From: a virus
Lineage: Duplodnaviria; Caudoviricetes
Virus record (IMG/VR): IMGVR_UViG_3300025127_000099
Span: 1 to 38,048 of that record
DNA: 38,048 bases
Direction: 5' to 3' (one strand)
Position 1 is the stretch's first letter; every line of letters starts with the position of its first letter. Below, one piece after another: positions 26,860-35,613 of this stretch. The position numbers and the translations under genes are program-made. The notes under the pieces are model-generated. The model was not told the DNA's origin, made no database searches, and saw nothing but the letters and a program-made list of their open reading frames with translations.

Positions 26860-27328
26860 TGTTTATGGGAATATTAAAGAAATATTCTCCCTTTCTTTTA
26901 AATTTATTTGGAATTTCAATCACAATATCATCTGTTAACTGTGAACCTTTGATTTTCCAGGCTTGTTTAAGATCTTTTCTTAACACATAAAATGTTAAAT
27001 CATCCTTATCTTTCATCATATCAACCAATCTTTTTTTTCTAAAAGGTATATGTAAAGTTTTCCAATGTGACGGCCACTCATTTGTCCACCCATTTTTAAC
27101 CTCAACTTCATGATAAGATTCAAGAGGCTCACGAGTTACGATATCAGCTCCATAGTTCTCCACATCTTCAGTAAGGACACAACCTAAACTAATCAAATAG
27201 TTTCTAACAGCTTTCTTGCCAGGGCCATCCCATTTTTCATATTCTTTTTTTCTGAATGGTGATTTATTGTTTACTATCTTGTTCACTTTTTTTACTCTCA
27301 CAGTTATGTTTAAAGTAGACATCACCAA
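26837..27328 (-). CDS. PD-(D/E)XK nuclease-like protein (true start probably GTG near 27286)
   Basis: YGADIV...YHEVEVK..W...HIPFRK. Confidence 0.55.
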   Translation of the reverse strand: MVMSTLNITVRVKKVNKIVNNKSPFRKKEYEKWDGPGKKAVRNYLISLGCVLTEDVENYGADIVTREPLESYHEVEVKNGWTNEWPSHWKTLHIPFRKKRLVDMMKDKDDLTFYVLRKDLKQAWKIKGSQLTDDIVIEIPNKFKRKGEYFFNIPINNVRLITL

Positions 27329-27491
27329 AAACAGTTAAACTTGTGTTATTGGGATCAGGTTTAGTCTGACCTACATACTCCCACTCACAGTTCATTTTCT
27401 TTTCGTTAATAGCTCGTTGTTGAAAAAAATCTATGTTACTTAATGTATAAAAGTTCATAGCTAATCCAAAAATAATTGATACCGGATCCAT
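27264..27491 (-). CDS. Hypothetical small protein with N-terminal hydrophobic segment
   Basis: ATG start, tightly packed in the operon, two Cys. Confidence 0.55.
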   Translation of the reverse strand: MDPVSIIFGLAMNFYTLSNIDFFQQRAINEKKMNCEWEYVGQTKPDPNNTSLTVFGDVYFKHNCESKKSEQDSKQ

Positions 27492-27496
27492 AATTA

Positions 27497-27952
27497 TTAC
27501 TCCTTTTTTAATAGTTCAATGTATCGTTTTAAATACCATTCAGCCTTTTCTAAATCCTCTAATCTTTTGCCTTTATAATTACATCTCCATGTGTATTTCA
27601 TAACTTGACCACGTAGATAGCCACGATATTCTTCAGGTGTTAGTGCAGCTTCGATGGCTTCAATACACTCTATACCTTTATCATTTAGTTTGTAGTGTGG
27701 GGGATGATTTACTATATCAGATTTTGAATTTGTATTTTCTTTTATTTTATTTAAAGCATTTTTATCTCTCATATCCTCAATCAAACCTTTCCATTTTTTA
27801 ACATAACTAGGAGCAACTTGTTTAGCTATATCATAATTTTTAGTTTTCAATGTCTTTCTAAATTTTATTTTTCCAAAATATTTTTTAACATCCAACGGAA
27901 TTTGTAATTCAACGTGGTACGTTTCGTTTTGTTTTATAATATTATTTGTCAT
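27497..27952 (-). CDS. DUF3310 (T7 gp1.7-like) protein with N-terminal DUF6538-like domain
   Basis: C-terminal VNHPPHY..IECIEAI..GYLRG..MKY.WR..YKG..EDL.KA.WYL. N-terminal TYHVELQIP.DV...FGK..FRKTLKTK....A. Confidence 0.75.
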   Translation of the reverse strand: MTNNIIKQNETYHVELQIPLDVKKYFGKIKFRKTLKTKNYDIAKQVAPSYVKKWKGLIEDMRDKNALNKIKENTNSKSDIVNHPPHYKLNDKGIECIEAIEAALTPEEYRGYLRGQVMKYTWRCNYKGKRLEDLEKAEWYLKRYIELLKKE

Positions 27953-28345
27953 TTAGATCTCCTCTTTATGTGTCATATTTAATAATACATTTAATCTTTT
28001 TCTTTGGAACTCTGTGTTGTTAGGATCGTTAATAAGTTTACGAGCAAACGTACGAACCTGTTGATCATTAAGACCGGCAAGATCACATACATCAATAAAC
28101 CATGTGGCAGTGACACCAACACTTTTACTGAACCACCGAACAGCTTCTTCTCTAACTTGTTTAGCTTCTTTAGAATTAAATTCATTGTCATTACTAGCAT
28201 CCAATAATGCTTGATAAATAACAGCTCTAAATAATGCTCTTTCATTTTCTCCCTCTTTATTATCATAATTTTTTTCCATCGTTGGATCGACTTGAATACG
28301 AGAAGTGTTTGATATTTTTATTTTGTTTTGCTTTTCTTGTTTCAT
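27953..28345 (-). CDS. Conserved phage hypothetical protein
   Basis: ERALFRAVIYQALLDA..A..WF..F..VCDLAG motif. Confidence 0.7.
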   Translation of the reverse strand: MKQEKQNKIKISNTSRIQVDPTMEKNYDNKEGENERALFRAVIYQALLDASNDNEFNSKEAKQVREEAVRWFSKSVGVTATWFIDVCDLAGLNDQQVRTFARKLINDPNNTEFQRKRLNVLLNMTHKEEI

Positions 28346-28703
28346 TTATCCATTTAGTTGGTATAACTTTCTCCCACCATAAAAAATTGTTTTTGCTTAG
28401 CCACTCACCATAAGTTGTTTTACTTCCTTTGTAAAGTTTTACTTTATAATTTTGTAAAACAAAACGAATATCTAACTCTGGTTTTTGCTTTTGTATATAT
28501 AAATGTTTAAATCTATCTTGCTTTGTTAGTCTACCTTTTATCTCAATTATAATCCCATTTGGTAAGATAACATCCGGTACATATGTATGATCTGTTTCTG
28601 GAATAACATATGCAATTTTAATTGGTTCATATTTAAATTTAACTTTTTGTTTTGTTAATTTACCACATACTTGTTCTTCAAACTTTGATCTATACTTTGG
28701 CAT
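28263..28703 (-). CDS. Endonuclease I (T7 gp3-like Holliday junction resolvase); start re-called to ATG 28703
   Basis: YRSKFE, YE, YVPD..LPNGIIIEIKGR...DRFKH, LDIRFV, SKTTYGEW. Confidence 0.9.
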   Translation of the reverse strand: MPKYRSKFEEQVCGKLTKQKVKFKYEPIKIAYVIPETDHTYVPDVILPNGIIIEIKGRLTKQDRFKHLYIQKQKPELDIRFVLQNYKVKLYKGSKTTYGEWLSKNNFLWWEKVIPTKWINETRKAKQNKNIKHFSYSSRSNDGKKL

Positions 28704-29557
28704 TAGGCAAGATCTTCCATAACATTTGGTTCCTTCTTCACCACAGTTAACCACCGAGGGCCACTACTATAAATAAATTTTCTTAATCCACTACCATTAT
28801 TCACATCTTGCCAACAATCAACCTTAAATGCACAATAGCTACACTCAACACAGAGCTTACGATTACCCGATGATCCATCTTCTACGTCTTCATAACAACG
28901 AGGTGGTTTATTTTTTTTATCCGATAAATATTTTTTTAAATCAGCTATTGTTTTTCTTATATCTGGGTATTCTTTCTCATCCGGAATACACAAAGCCAAG
29001 GCTCCACTTTGTTTATCTATGGCTAAGAAAGATAACTTATCATTACCTTGAGCTTCACCATAGGCTTTTATCTGTGAGAGATAACCAAACGAATCATTCT
29101 CTTTGTTTAAACTGTTTGATTTAAATTTTTTAAAACCATAGTTCGAAGCTGACTTAACATCCACCACCCATCCATCTATGTTTGCATCTTGGTGTCCGTA
29201 TATGCCATCAAGTGTTAACTGTTTTTGTTCATCAGTTACTGTGTGTCCTGATGTACGAGCTAATAATAATAATAATTCTTCAAGGATGTGACCATACAAA
29301 AATTTTATTTTTACATATGGTGGTAAGTGTTCTCGCAAATCTGGTCTATAAAATTCATACCATAGTTGACGAGCCGGTTTACCAAGACTAGACATACGTA
29401 ACTTACGAGGTTTGTTCTTATTATCTTCTGTAAGATAAGTTTTTATAGATTCACAGACATTTTTAGCAAACATATTAAGATCACTTTTTGTGGGTTCTTT
29501 GTTGTTATCATCAAAGAGTTTATAGATATCGTCGACAAGAGTTTTTATATCAGACAT
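28703..29557 (-). CDS. Cas4-like / PD-(D/E)XK exonuclease
   Basis: LRMSSLGKP.RQLWY, GH.D..IDG.VVDVKSAS, GY..Q..AY, C-terminal CVECSYC.FK..CW. Confidence 0.82.
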   Translation of the reverse strand: MSDIKTLVDDIYKLFDDNNKEPTKSDLNMFAKNVCESIKTYLTEDNKNKPRKLRMSSLGKPARQLWYEFYRPDLREHLPPYVKIKFLYGHILEELLLLLARTSGHTVTDEQKQLTLDGIYGHQDANIDGWVVDVKSASNYGFKKFKSNSLNKENDSFGYLSQIKAYGEAQGNDKLSFLAIDKQSGALALCIPDEKEYPDIRKTIADLKKYLSDKKNKPPRCYEDVEDGSSGNRKLCVECSYCAFKVDCWQDVNNGSGLRKFIYSSGPRWLTVVKKEPNVMEDLA

Positions 29558-29610
29558 AAAAAAAGGTGGCTAGGAAAAGTGAGTGAGTGAGATCTAAAAA
29601 CCTAGCCACC
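29558..29610 (-). terminator. Terminator after ssb with a 26-nt (CUCA)n loop; candidate sRNA
   Basis: 10-bp perfect stem (29565-74/29601-10) followed by U7 on the minus strand. Loop is UUUUUAGAUCUCACUCACUCACUUUU. Confidence 0.8.
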
Positions 29611-29629
29611 ATTTATTCCTTCTAATAAA

Positions 29630-30151
29630 TTAGAAAGGAAGCTCTTCGTCCAAGCCGTCCTTACTAACGGCCTGACCATTCTTTTGTTGTGGTTTATCAT
29701 CAGCCGGTGATTCAAACCCACCTTTAACTTTAGGTAAGTCTCCAAGTTCTTCTTTGTAAGATACAAGATCTATCACTTGCACGGCTTTCAATGCTGAACC
29801 CACACCTTTGTTACCCCTAATGTCATAGTCGTAAGTATCAAATAACACATTTACTTTTGATCCATTACCTATCAAGGTGGTTTCCGGGATTGGATTCTTT
29901 TGAGCATCCACAACCCTAACCGGTGTGTTCATACTACCATCTCTCTTTTTTACTTTTCTTTTAATCTGTATGAAGTTACCACGATCATCCTCTTTATTTT
30001 TAATTCTCTTTTCAAGACCTAACTTTTTTAGTTGTGCCTCAGTTTTAGAATCAACAGCTACATCAATGGAATATATTCCGTCCGGATTATAATCATCAAC
30101 TGCCGGTTTGTGGACTTTCGCCCAATAAGATATACCACTTATCATTGGCAT
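29630..30151 (-). CDS. ssb: Single-stranded DNA-binding protein (gp2.5-like)
   Basis: G..YWAKV..P, IGNGSKVNV, L.AVQVIDLV.Y, acidic DEELPF tail. Adjacent to polA, with AAGGAG SD. Confidence 0.82.
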   Translation of the reverse strand: MPMISGISYWAKVHKPAVDDYNPDGIYSIDVAVDSKTEAQLKKLGLEKRIKNKEDDRGNFIQIKRKVKKRDGSMNTPVRVVDAQKNPIPETTLIGNGSKVNVLFDTYDYDIRGNKGVGSALKAVQVIDLVSYKEELGDLPKVKGGFESPADDKPQQKNGQAVSKDGLDEELPF

Positions 30152-30212
30152 AGTTTACTCCTTTTTTCTTGGTGTCTTTAGTTATCTAAAAACTATATTA
30201 ATAATACGATAA

Positions 30213-30241
30213 TTATTATAACATAAGTATGCGATTGTCAA
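30213..30241 (-). promoter_or_regulatory. Promoter for ssb
   Basis: TTGACA (30241-36)-N17-TAATAA. It also contains TGnTATAAT at 15-nt spacing. Confidence 0.6.
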
Positions 30242-30246
30242 CATAC

Positions 30247-31929
30247 CTAGTGAGTATCTTTCCACGTTTTACCTATGCTATATTCACTGTCCAACGGACA
30301 TTTAAAATAAAGTTGCTTTTCAGTACATTTCATTGCCTCCTTTGTAATATTACCAAACTCTTCTGCTTGTTTTTTAAGAACTTCAAACTGAACTTCGTCG
30401 TGTATGTTAGCTACCGGTTTTGCATTTATATTTTTTTGTTTCATCAAATCAATTATGTTTACTAACCATTGTTTACATACAATAGCTCCGGCTCCTTGCA
30501 ATAAAGTATTTAGTGCTGAGTGTTGATTACGAACGATTAGATATCGACCATCAATAGCCTTTACAACACCTTTACGAGCCGATTGATCTACATAATTTCT
30601 TAACCTTTTAATAGCCGGTATCGCATCCATAAACTTTTCTCGTAGTTGACGACCCCGTTCAACACCACCACCAACTATCTCACCAATTTTTTGATCTCCG
30701 GCTCCATACAACCAAGCATATATAAATGTTTTTGCCGTTGGTCTGTCAGGTAATTCAGCTAGTCGTTGGTTATAGCTATGTATATCTCCATGCACTACTT
30801 CTTCTGTATATTTTTTATCATTGATATAGTGAGCAAAGCATCTCAGTTCTAACGAACTCGCATCTGATCCTACTAAACAATACTTTTCAGGATCACTAAC
30901 TGTCCAACAATCCCTACACTCTTTTCCGTATGGTGAATAACTAGCCGGAACTTGTGCCATATTAGGACTATTGTGTGACATTCTATGAGACACACACCCA
31001 AGAGTAAAGACTCGTCCGTGTACTTTGTTGTCATCACTAACTACATCTAACCAACTTTTTATTTGTGATACTCTCTTTTGTAAAAGTAAATATTGAGACA
31101 CCTCTTTGGCTTCGGGGTAGTCAAGACCACTTAATATTTTTTCATCAACAATAGGTTGTTTTGTTGGTGTAAACTTACGAGGTTTCCAACCAAGTTTAAT
31201 AAGTCTTTCGGCTATTTGTTTTCGTGATCCCGGATTAAATACTTCAATCTTACTTTTTAATTCTTTACCCGTCTTCTCTGATATTCTTTTGTAAGTTATG
31301 GGTGGAAATATTTTTTGTAGATTATCTTTTATCACGTTTGATTCATCTTCTAGTTTCCCCATCAATCCAAAAGCTTTTTTAGTATCAAGATAGAAACCCT
31401 CTTTTTCTTGCCAACTAAGTATCATCTTAACTTTATGTTCAAGTCTAACTGATTCGTTGCTAAACTTTGCAATCTGTGGTCGTAGATGTTGCATCAATCG
31501 TCTTGTTAAATCAACATCACTAATACAATAATCTAACATCTCACTACAATATGTATCAAAACCTTTGTCATAGTCTGCCTTCCCTTCACCATCTAATCGT
31601 TCTCCCCAAGCTTTCAAACTATGTCCTCCATCCATGTGAGGGTTAAGCATTTGTGAAATGATAAGGGTGTCTAGAATCTGTGATAGTTTTATTTTTACTC
31701 CTAACAATTTATTTAAGACCGGTGCATCAAATGATACACCATTATGCATAATGTATTTTCGTTCTGGATTGTCATTTATAAACCTTACTAATTGAGTCGG
31801 GATATTCTCACCTACAAACGATAACATTACTCCGGTATCATAATCTTGGACAGCCACACAATGAATCTTGGTAGGGTTTAAACTGTCTGTCTCTATGTCA
31901 AGTACAACTGTTTTAAACTTTGAATCCAT
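30247..31929 (-). CDS. polA: Family A DNA polymerase with 3'-5' exonuclease (start re-called to ATG 31929)
   Basis: DIETD, HNGVSFD, DTL, HSLKAWG, YC..DV; motif A DASSLELR, motif B R..AKTFIYAWLYG, motif C NIHDEVQ. Confidence 0.95.
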   Translation of the reverse strand: MDSKFKTVVLDIETDSLNPTKIHCVAVQDYDTGVMLSFVGENIPTQLVRFINDNPERKYIMHNGVSFDAPVLNKLLGVKIKLSQILDTLIISQMLNPHMDGGHSLKAWGERLDGEGKADYDKGFDTYCSEMLDYCISDVDLTRRLMQHLRPQIAKFSNESVRLEHKVKMILSWQEKEGFYLDTKKAFGLMGKLEDESNVIKDNLQKIFPPITYKRISEKTGKELKSKIEVFNPGSRKQIAERLIKLGWKPRKFTPTKQPIVDEKILSGLDYPEAKEVSQYLLLQKRVSQIKSWLDVVSDDNKVHGRVFTLGCVSHRMSHNSPNMAQVPASYSPYGKECRDCWTVSDPEKYCLVGSDASSLELRCFAHYINDKKYTEEVVHGDIHSYNQRLAELPDRPTAKTFIYAWLYGAGDQKIGEIVGGGVERGRQLREKFMDAIPAIKRLRNYVDQSARKGVVKAIDGRYLIVRNQHSALNTLLQGAGAIVCKQWLVNIIDLMKQKNINAKPVANIHDEVQFEVLKKQAEEFGNITKEAMKCTEKQLYFKCPLDSEYSIGKTWKDTH

Positions 31930-33634
31930 TGGTCGGCATCTCCTGAAAGTCATCTACGACATTCTTTTTTCTTTTAATATTTCTTCTATTATTATTACGA
32001 CTAATTGGTGCATCACACTCGGACATACGACCGGTATCTTTATTCCATTTCAACCAACAACAAGGCCCCGTCTCTCCCGAGAATCTATTTTTTAGAACTC
32101 TTATCGTTGTTGTGTTTCGTATATCTTCCTCGTCGTGTTGACCATTTCTTTCTAAACTAAAAACCATATCAGATAGTTGAGCTATCCCGGCTGATCCTCT
32201 GAGTTGTGATAGACTTACGACGGCTCCCTCTTCATGACCGGAATCAGATGTACCTCTTCGTAAATGTGAAACCAACATGAGATGTATCTTTTGTTCTTGC
32301 ACTAACATTCTTAGTTTAGTCATACATTCATCAATAGCTTTTCGTTCGTCACCATTCTCCATAGCTGATACCACCATTGATAAGTGATCAAGTATTATGT
32401 ATCGACAATCAAGACCACTAGCTAGGTACTGAACCTTTGATACGATGTTTGATATTTCTGTTGAACCAAAGTGATCCCACAATCTAATCCGTCCGGTACC
32501 TAGGGTTTGTTCCCACGACAATCTCTTCTCTTCTTTAGTTGCTTGACATGTGGGTAAGTGAAAAGGTTTGCAACCATGTACTGACATAATACCTTTAGCC
32601 GTTCGTTCTATTGATTCTTCTAGGAACAAACAACCCACAGATTCTTTAGTGTTTTTAATTATGTGGTAAGCTAACTCTCTCATGATGCTCGACTTACCTA
32701 TACCTGAACCAGCAGTAAAGGTACATAGTTCTCCAAGTCTCATACCATAAGTCATTTTGTTCATGCCTTCCCACGGATATGGTAGTGATTTGATTTCATC
32801 TTCTTTGCTGACGATATCCCAAGTATCTTCACCAAGAACAATACCATCGGGTGTATAGACCTTTGCATTGTACCATCTGTCTATGAACTCTTGTCTTTTA
32901 TTTTTAAATAGATATTCGTTTGGATCTTTGAGATCCATTTTAACTATGGATACTTTCTGTGGAGGAAACAGTTCAGCTATCTCTCGTGCTGATTGTTGAC
33001 CAGGATCATCCATATCAAAACACAACACAACCTTTTCAAAACTGTTGATGAACTCATAGTTTCTTTTACAATCCATCACTCCACCTTGTGAACCAGATCG
33101 TATACTTACACTTGGAAACTTCTGTCCAAAGATTTCGTATACTGCCATAGCATCACATTCTCCCTCGGTGATTGTTAGGTATTGACCACCTTGTTTAAAA
33201 CATTGCTGACCAAAAAGCATACATTGATTACCACCATGTCCTTCAAAGTGAAAGGTCTTATCTGCTACATTACGAGTCTTCACGGCGATTTGTTTAAACG
33301 ACTTGCGATCGAAGTATGGATAGTGGTGGTGGCTAATCTCTCCTTCTTTGTTTAGAGTAGCTGTCACTCCATATCTGTGTGCCGTCTTCTGTGATATACC
33401 TCTATCAGCAAGAGCATGGATATCTCTTTGTCTATCAGCAAGATTAATAGTTGTTTGCATTTGTGATGGTGTATCGTCTATGTCCACGGCTTCCGTTCCT
33501 TGTTTCTCGAATGTGTTGCATACGAAACAATAGGTTGATCCATCTTCGTACACGGCTCGTCCATCACTTGATCCACAGTTGTTGCACTTACTGTGTCGTA
33601 AGAACTTACTCTTATTGGTTGTTGTTTGTGTCAT
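31913..33634 (-). CDS. T7 gp4-like primase-helicase (start re-called to ATG 33634)
   Basis: Zn finger C..CGSSD...YCFVC, TOPRIM ITEGECDA / FDMD, Walker A AGSGIGKS, ILDHLS, LRGSAGIAQLSD, KNRFSGETG. AAGGAG SD. Confidence 0.95.
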   Translation of the reverse strand: MTQTTTNKSKFLRHSKCNNCGSSDGRAVYEDGSTYCFVCNTFEKQGTEAVDIDDTPSQMQTTINLADRQRDIHALADRGISQKTAHRYGVTATLNKEGEISHHHYPYFDRKSFKQIAVKTRNVADKTFHFEGHGGNQCMLFGQQCFKQGGQYLTITEGECDAMAVYEIFGQKFPSVSIRSGSQGGVMDCKRNYEFINSFEKVVLCFDMDDPGQQSAREIAELFPPQKVSIVKMDLKDPNEYLFKNKRQEFIDRWYNAKVYTPDGIVLGEDTWDIVSKEDEIKSLPYPWEGMNKMTYGMRLGELCTFTAGSGIGKSSIMRELAYHIIKNTKESVGCLFLEESIERTAKGIMSVHGCKPFHLPTCQATKEEKRLSWEQTLGTGRIRLWDHFGSTEISNIVSKVQYLASGLDCRYIILDHLSMVVSAMENGDERKAIDECMTKLRMLVQEQKIHLMLVSHLRRGTSDSGHEEGAVVSLSQLRGSAGIAQLSDMVFSLERNGQHDEEDIRNTTTIRVLKNRFSGETGPCCWLKWNKDTGRMSECDAPISRNNNRRNIKRKKNVVDDFQEMPTNGFKV

Positions 33635-33664
33635 TGTCGTCACTCCTTTTTTTATTTACGATTG

Positions 33665-33693
33665 GTTATATATATTTTTTCGGGGTTCGTCAA
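33665..33693 (-). promoter_or_regulatory. Promoter for primase-helicase/polA
   Basis: TTGACG (33693-88)-N17-TATAAC (33670-65). Confidence 0.7.
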
Positions 33694-33844
33694 GCATGAG
33701 ATAAAACGAATACTAAACATGAGACAAACCCCCGTATTCCACGGCTGTATCAAGGGGAGGAAATATGAGTGGAATAAAAGTTAGATCAGGGGTTGTCAGA
33801 TGTTTAATCCTATGATAGGATTCGGGTAGATTCCGAGGGGGAGT

Positions 33845-33983
33845 AATATTATTAATAATATTATTAATAGTATTATTAATATATTTATTAATAATATTAT
33901 TACTACTACTATTACTACTACTATTACTACTACTATTAATATTATTATTAATATTATTATTAATAATATTATTAACTATATAT
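33845..33983. repeat. AT-rich 12-bp-period tandem array, candidate replication origin
   Basis: (A/G)TATTATTAATA x3 (33846-81), TTACTACTACTA x3 (33900-35), TTAATATTATTA x2 (33936-59). Flanked by the palindrome AATCCTAT-G-ATAGGATT (33806-22). Confidence 0.75.
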
Positions 33984-34032
33984 AGACGGTTTGTGTCTCT
34001 TTGAGAAGTAGGGATAGTAATCATTAAGACCA

Positions 34033-34287
34033 TCACTCAGTATCACAAGGTTTGTTTGCATGATAGGTATCATGATGAGCATCAGCAACGGGTTGTTTTT
34101 TTGCTCTAGCTCTACGATAAGCATCAAGCTCAACAATACGATCCTGATAATTATTAGCACCAAAACAATAGAGTTTCATCTCAGCAGTATCACGATCAAT
34201 ACGATTGTTTAAAAAATCATCAAGTACATGTTCAATCATTTCCATTCGTAGCTTGGGGTTCATTTTTGGATTATTATCTTCAGACAT
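34033..34287 (-). CDS. Hypothetical early protein
   Basis: AAGGAG SD, overlap with the upstream gene. Confidence 0.65.
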   Translation of the reverse strand: MSEDNNPKMNPKLRMEMIEHVLDDFLNNRIDRDTAEMKLYCFGANNYQDRIVELDAYRRARAKKQPVADAHHDTYHANKPCDTE

Positions 34288-34624
34288 AGTTTTTTAACTC
34301 CTTTATAGTTTGTTGGTAAAATTTATTCTTGTATCCCTTTATCAACCAATTTGTAATGAGACGATAGTCAAATGGAATTGGTTGTACGGCACGAGGTAGG
34401 TTTAATATAACAACCTGAGATTCAAGATTACCAGGTTCGTATTGTATTCTCCACATAAAGTCTACACTTTTAGATCCCAAACATAACTCAGGTGATCCAA
34501 ACACTTTCACAAGGTGTTCATATTTTGTTTTAATACTGCCTAATTGATGGTGTCCACATCCAACAAGCATTATGTCGTTGTGAGTGACAAATGTAGCTTT
34601 GTCATGCTTATGTATTATTGCCAT
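34280..34624 (-). CDS. Hypothetical early protein
   Basis: G.I...Y..LV..FG.P.....K....W pattern seen in small phage proteins. Tight packing. Confidence 0.65.
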   Translation of the reverse strand: MAIIHKHDKATFVTHNDIMLVGCGHHQLGSIKTKYEHLVKVFGSPELCLGSKSVDFMWRIQYEPGNLESQVVILNLPRAVQPIPFDYRLITNWLIKGYKNKFYQQTIKELKNYV

Positions 34625-34626
34625 GA

Positions 34627-34824
34627 TTATTCAAAATACTCCTTTTTTTCTTTTATTGTTTCTAATGTATCACATTTTACTGCAATTAATTTCTCTGGTC
34701 TATCTTTATATTTATAAGCTAAATCTTTGACAGTTCCCTCACAACTCATGGTTGGTGTCGTTCGATACATGGAAAGTTTGCCATTGAGTTCTAGCCATAT
34801 AGTAATAAGATATACATCAAACAT
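34627..34824 (-). CDS. Hypothetical early protein
   Basis: AGGA SD, overlap with the upstream gene. Confidence 0.6.
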   Translation of the reverse strand: MFDVYLITIWLELNGKLSMYRTTPTMSCEGTVKDLAYKYKDRPEKLIAVKCDTLETIKEKKEYFE

Positions 34825-35008
34825 ATCTATATTCCTGAATTAAATTACTGTCTAAATATTCTTTAGCTTTTTTACCTTCAACAAAAATATGTTTGGTTTC
34901 TTTTAGTTTCCAATCATCCCATATTACCCACAGATCATCATTACCTTTTTGTTTAGTAATAATATATCTTTTATATCTGTCGCAAAATAAATCAAGTTGT
35001 CTCATCAC
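34817..35008 (-). CDS. Hypothetical early protein
   Basis: AGGAG SD, coupled start/stop. Confidence 0.6.
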   Translation of the reverse strand: MMRQLDLFCDRYKRYIITKQKGNDDLWVIWDDWKLKETKHIFVEGKKAKEYLDSNLIQEYRYV

Positions 35009-35220
35009 TTACTCCTTTGTCGTATAAGATGAAACTTCCAACCAATACACATGTGTCCAGATTGTTTAAGTTCATCTCGATTAATATTCAATTGTTTAAA
35101 CTCTTGTTCAACGATTGGTTGTAGGTTATCACAGTTCTCTCGACTCATGATAAACTTCTCCTCCACACCATTTGGTGTAGAGAAAACTAGGTATAAGGCA
35201 AACAGTTCTTTAGTCATCAA
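35005..35220 (-). CDS. Hypothetical early protein
   Basis: Overlap with the upstream gene, hydrophobic N-terminus, two Cys. Confidence 0.6.
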   Translation of the reverse strand: MMTKELFALYLVFSTPNGVEEKFIMSRENCDNLQPIVEQEFKQLNINRDELKQSGHMCIGWKFHLIRQRSK

Positions 35221-35413
35221 TCCCCACTTTCTTTTTCAACCTACTAATTTCTTCTTCATTTAGTTTCATGAACTCATTATACATTGTTAAGCCAAAGTCA
35301 TATCCTTGTTTGTAATAATACATATCAGGATGGTAGCTTGACCTACTACCCTCAAGAACGGCATCAGTTACACCATCTTTGAAAGCACTTAAATTAATTG
35401 TTTCTTTAGTCAT
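35210..35413 (-). CDS. Hypothetical early protein
   Basis: AGGAGGAG SD. FKDGV.DA..G....YYYKQGYDFG pattern. Confidence 0.65.
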   Translation of the reverse strand: MTKETINLSAFKDGVTDAVLEGSRSSYHPDMYYYKQGYDFGLTMYNEFMKLNEEEISRLKKKVGIDD

Positions 35414-35613
35414 AACACTCCTCCTAAATCTACATTTTCTAATTCTTCTCCGTCATTATCATAATGAATACCTAGAAACTCAATCTTGTTATCCATTACT
35501 TGTTTAATTAACCATTGTTTGATCTCATCATCTGACCAAACTGTTTCCAAGAGTTCCTTTTCTTTTTCAGAAACTTCGTGGACACTTGATATATCAGCTA
35601 TGTATTTAGTCAT
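35410..35613 (-). CDS. Hypothetical acidic early protein (start re-called to ATG 35613)
   Basis: GGGAGG SD precedes ATGATGATG. The longer ORF call overlaps the neighbour excessively. Confidence 0.6.
   Translation of the reverse strand: MTKYIADISSVHEVSEKEKELLETVWSDDEIKQWLIKQVMDNKIEFLGIHYDNDGEELENVDLGGVL

Noticed and set aside
26620-26860. Cobalamin riboswitch upstream of nrdJ
   Set aside because: There is no intergenic space because the upstream gene overlaps the start, and no B12-box was recognised.
30247-31929. HMO-2011-type DnaJ insertion, intein or intron in polA
   Set aside because: The exonuclease and polymerase motifs are contiguous with no CxxCxGxG repeats. nrdJ and the helicase are also uninterrupted.
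33845-33983. Possible CRISPR array next to a Cas4-like gene
   Set aside because: Low-complexity tandem 12-mers with no unique spacers. Solo Cas4-like exonucleases are normal in phage replication modules.
33713-34036. Asn-rich 107-aa ORF as a functional protein
   Set aside because: Its composition simply reflects the AT repeat, so it is not listed as a CDS, although translation is not excluded.
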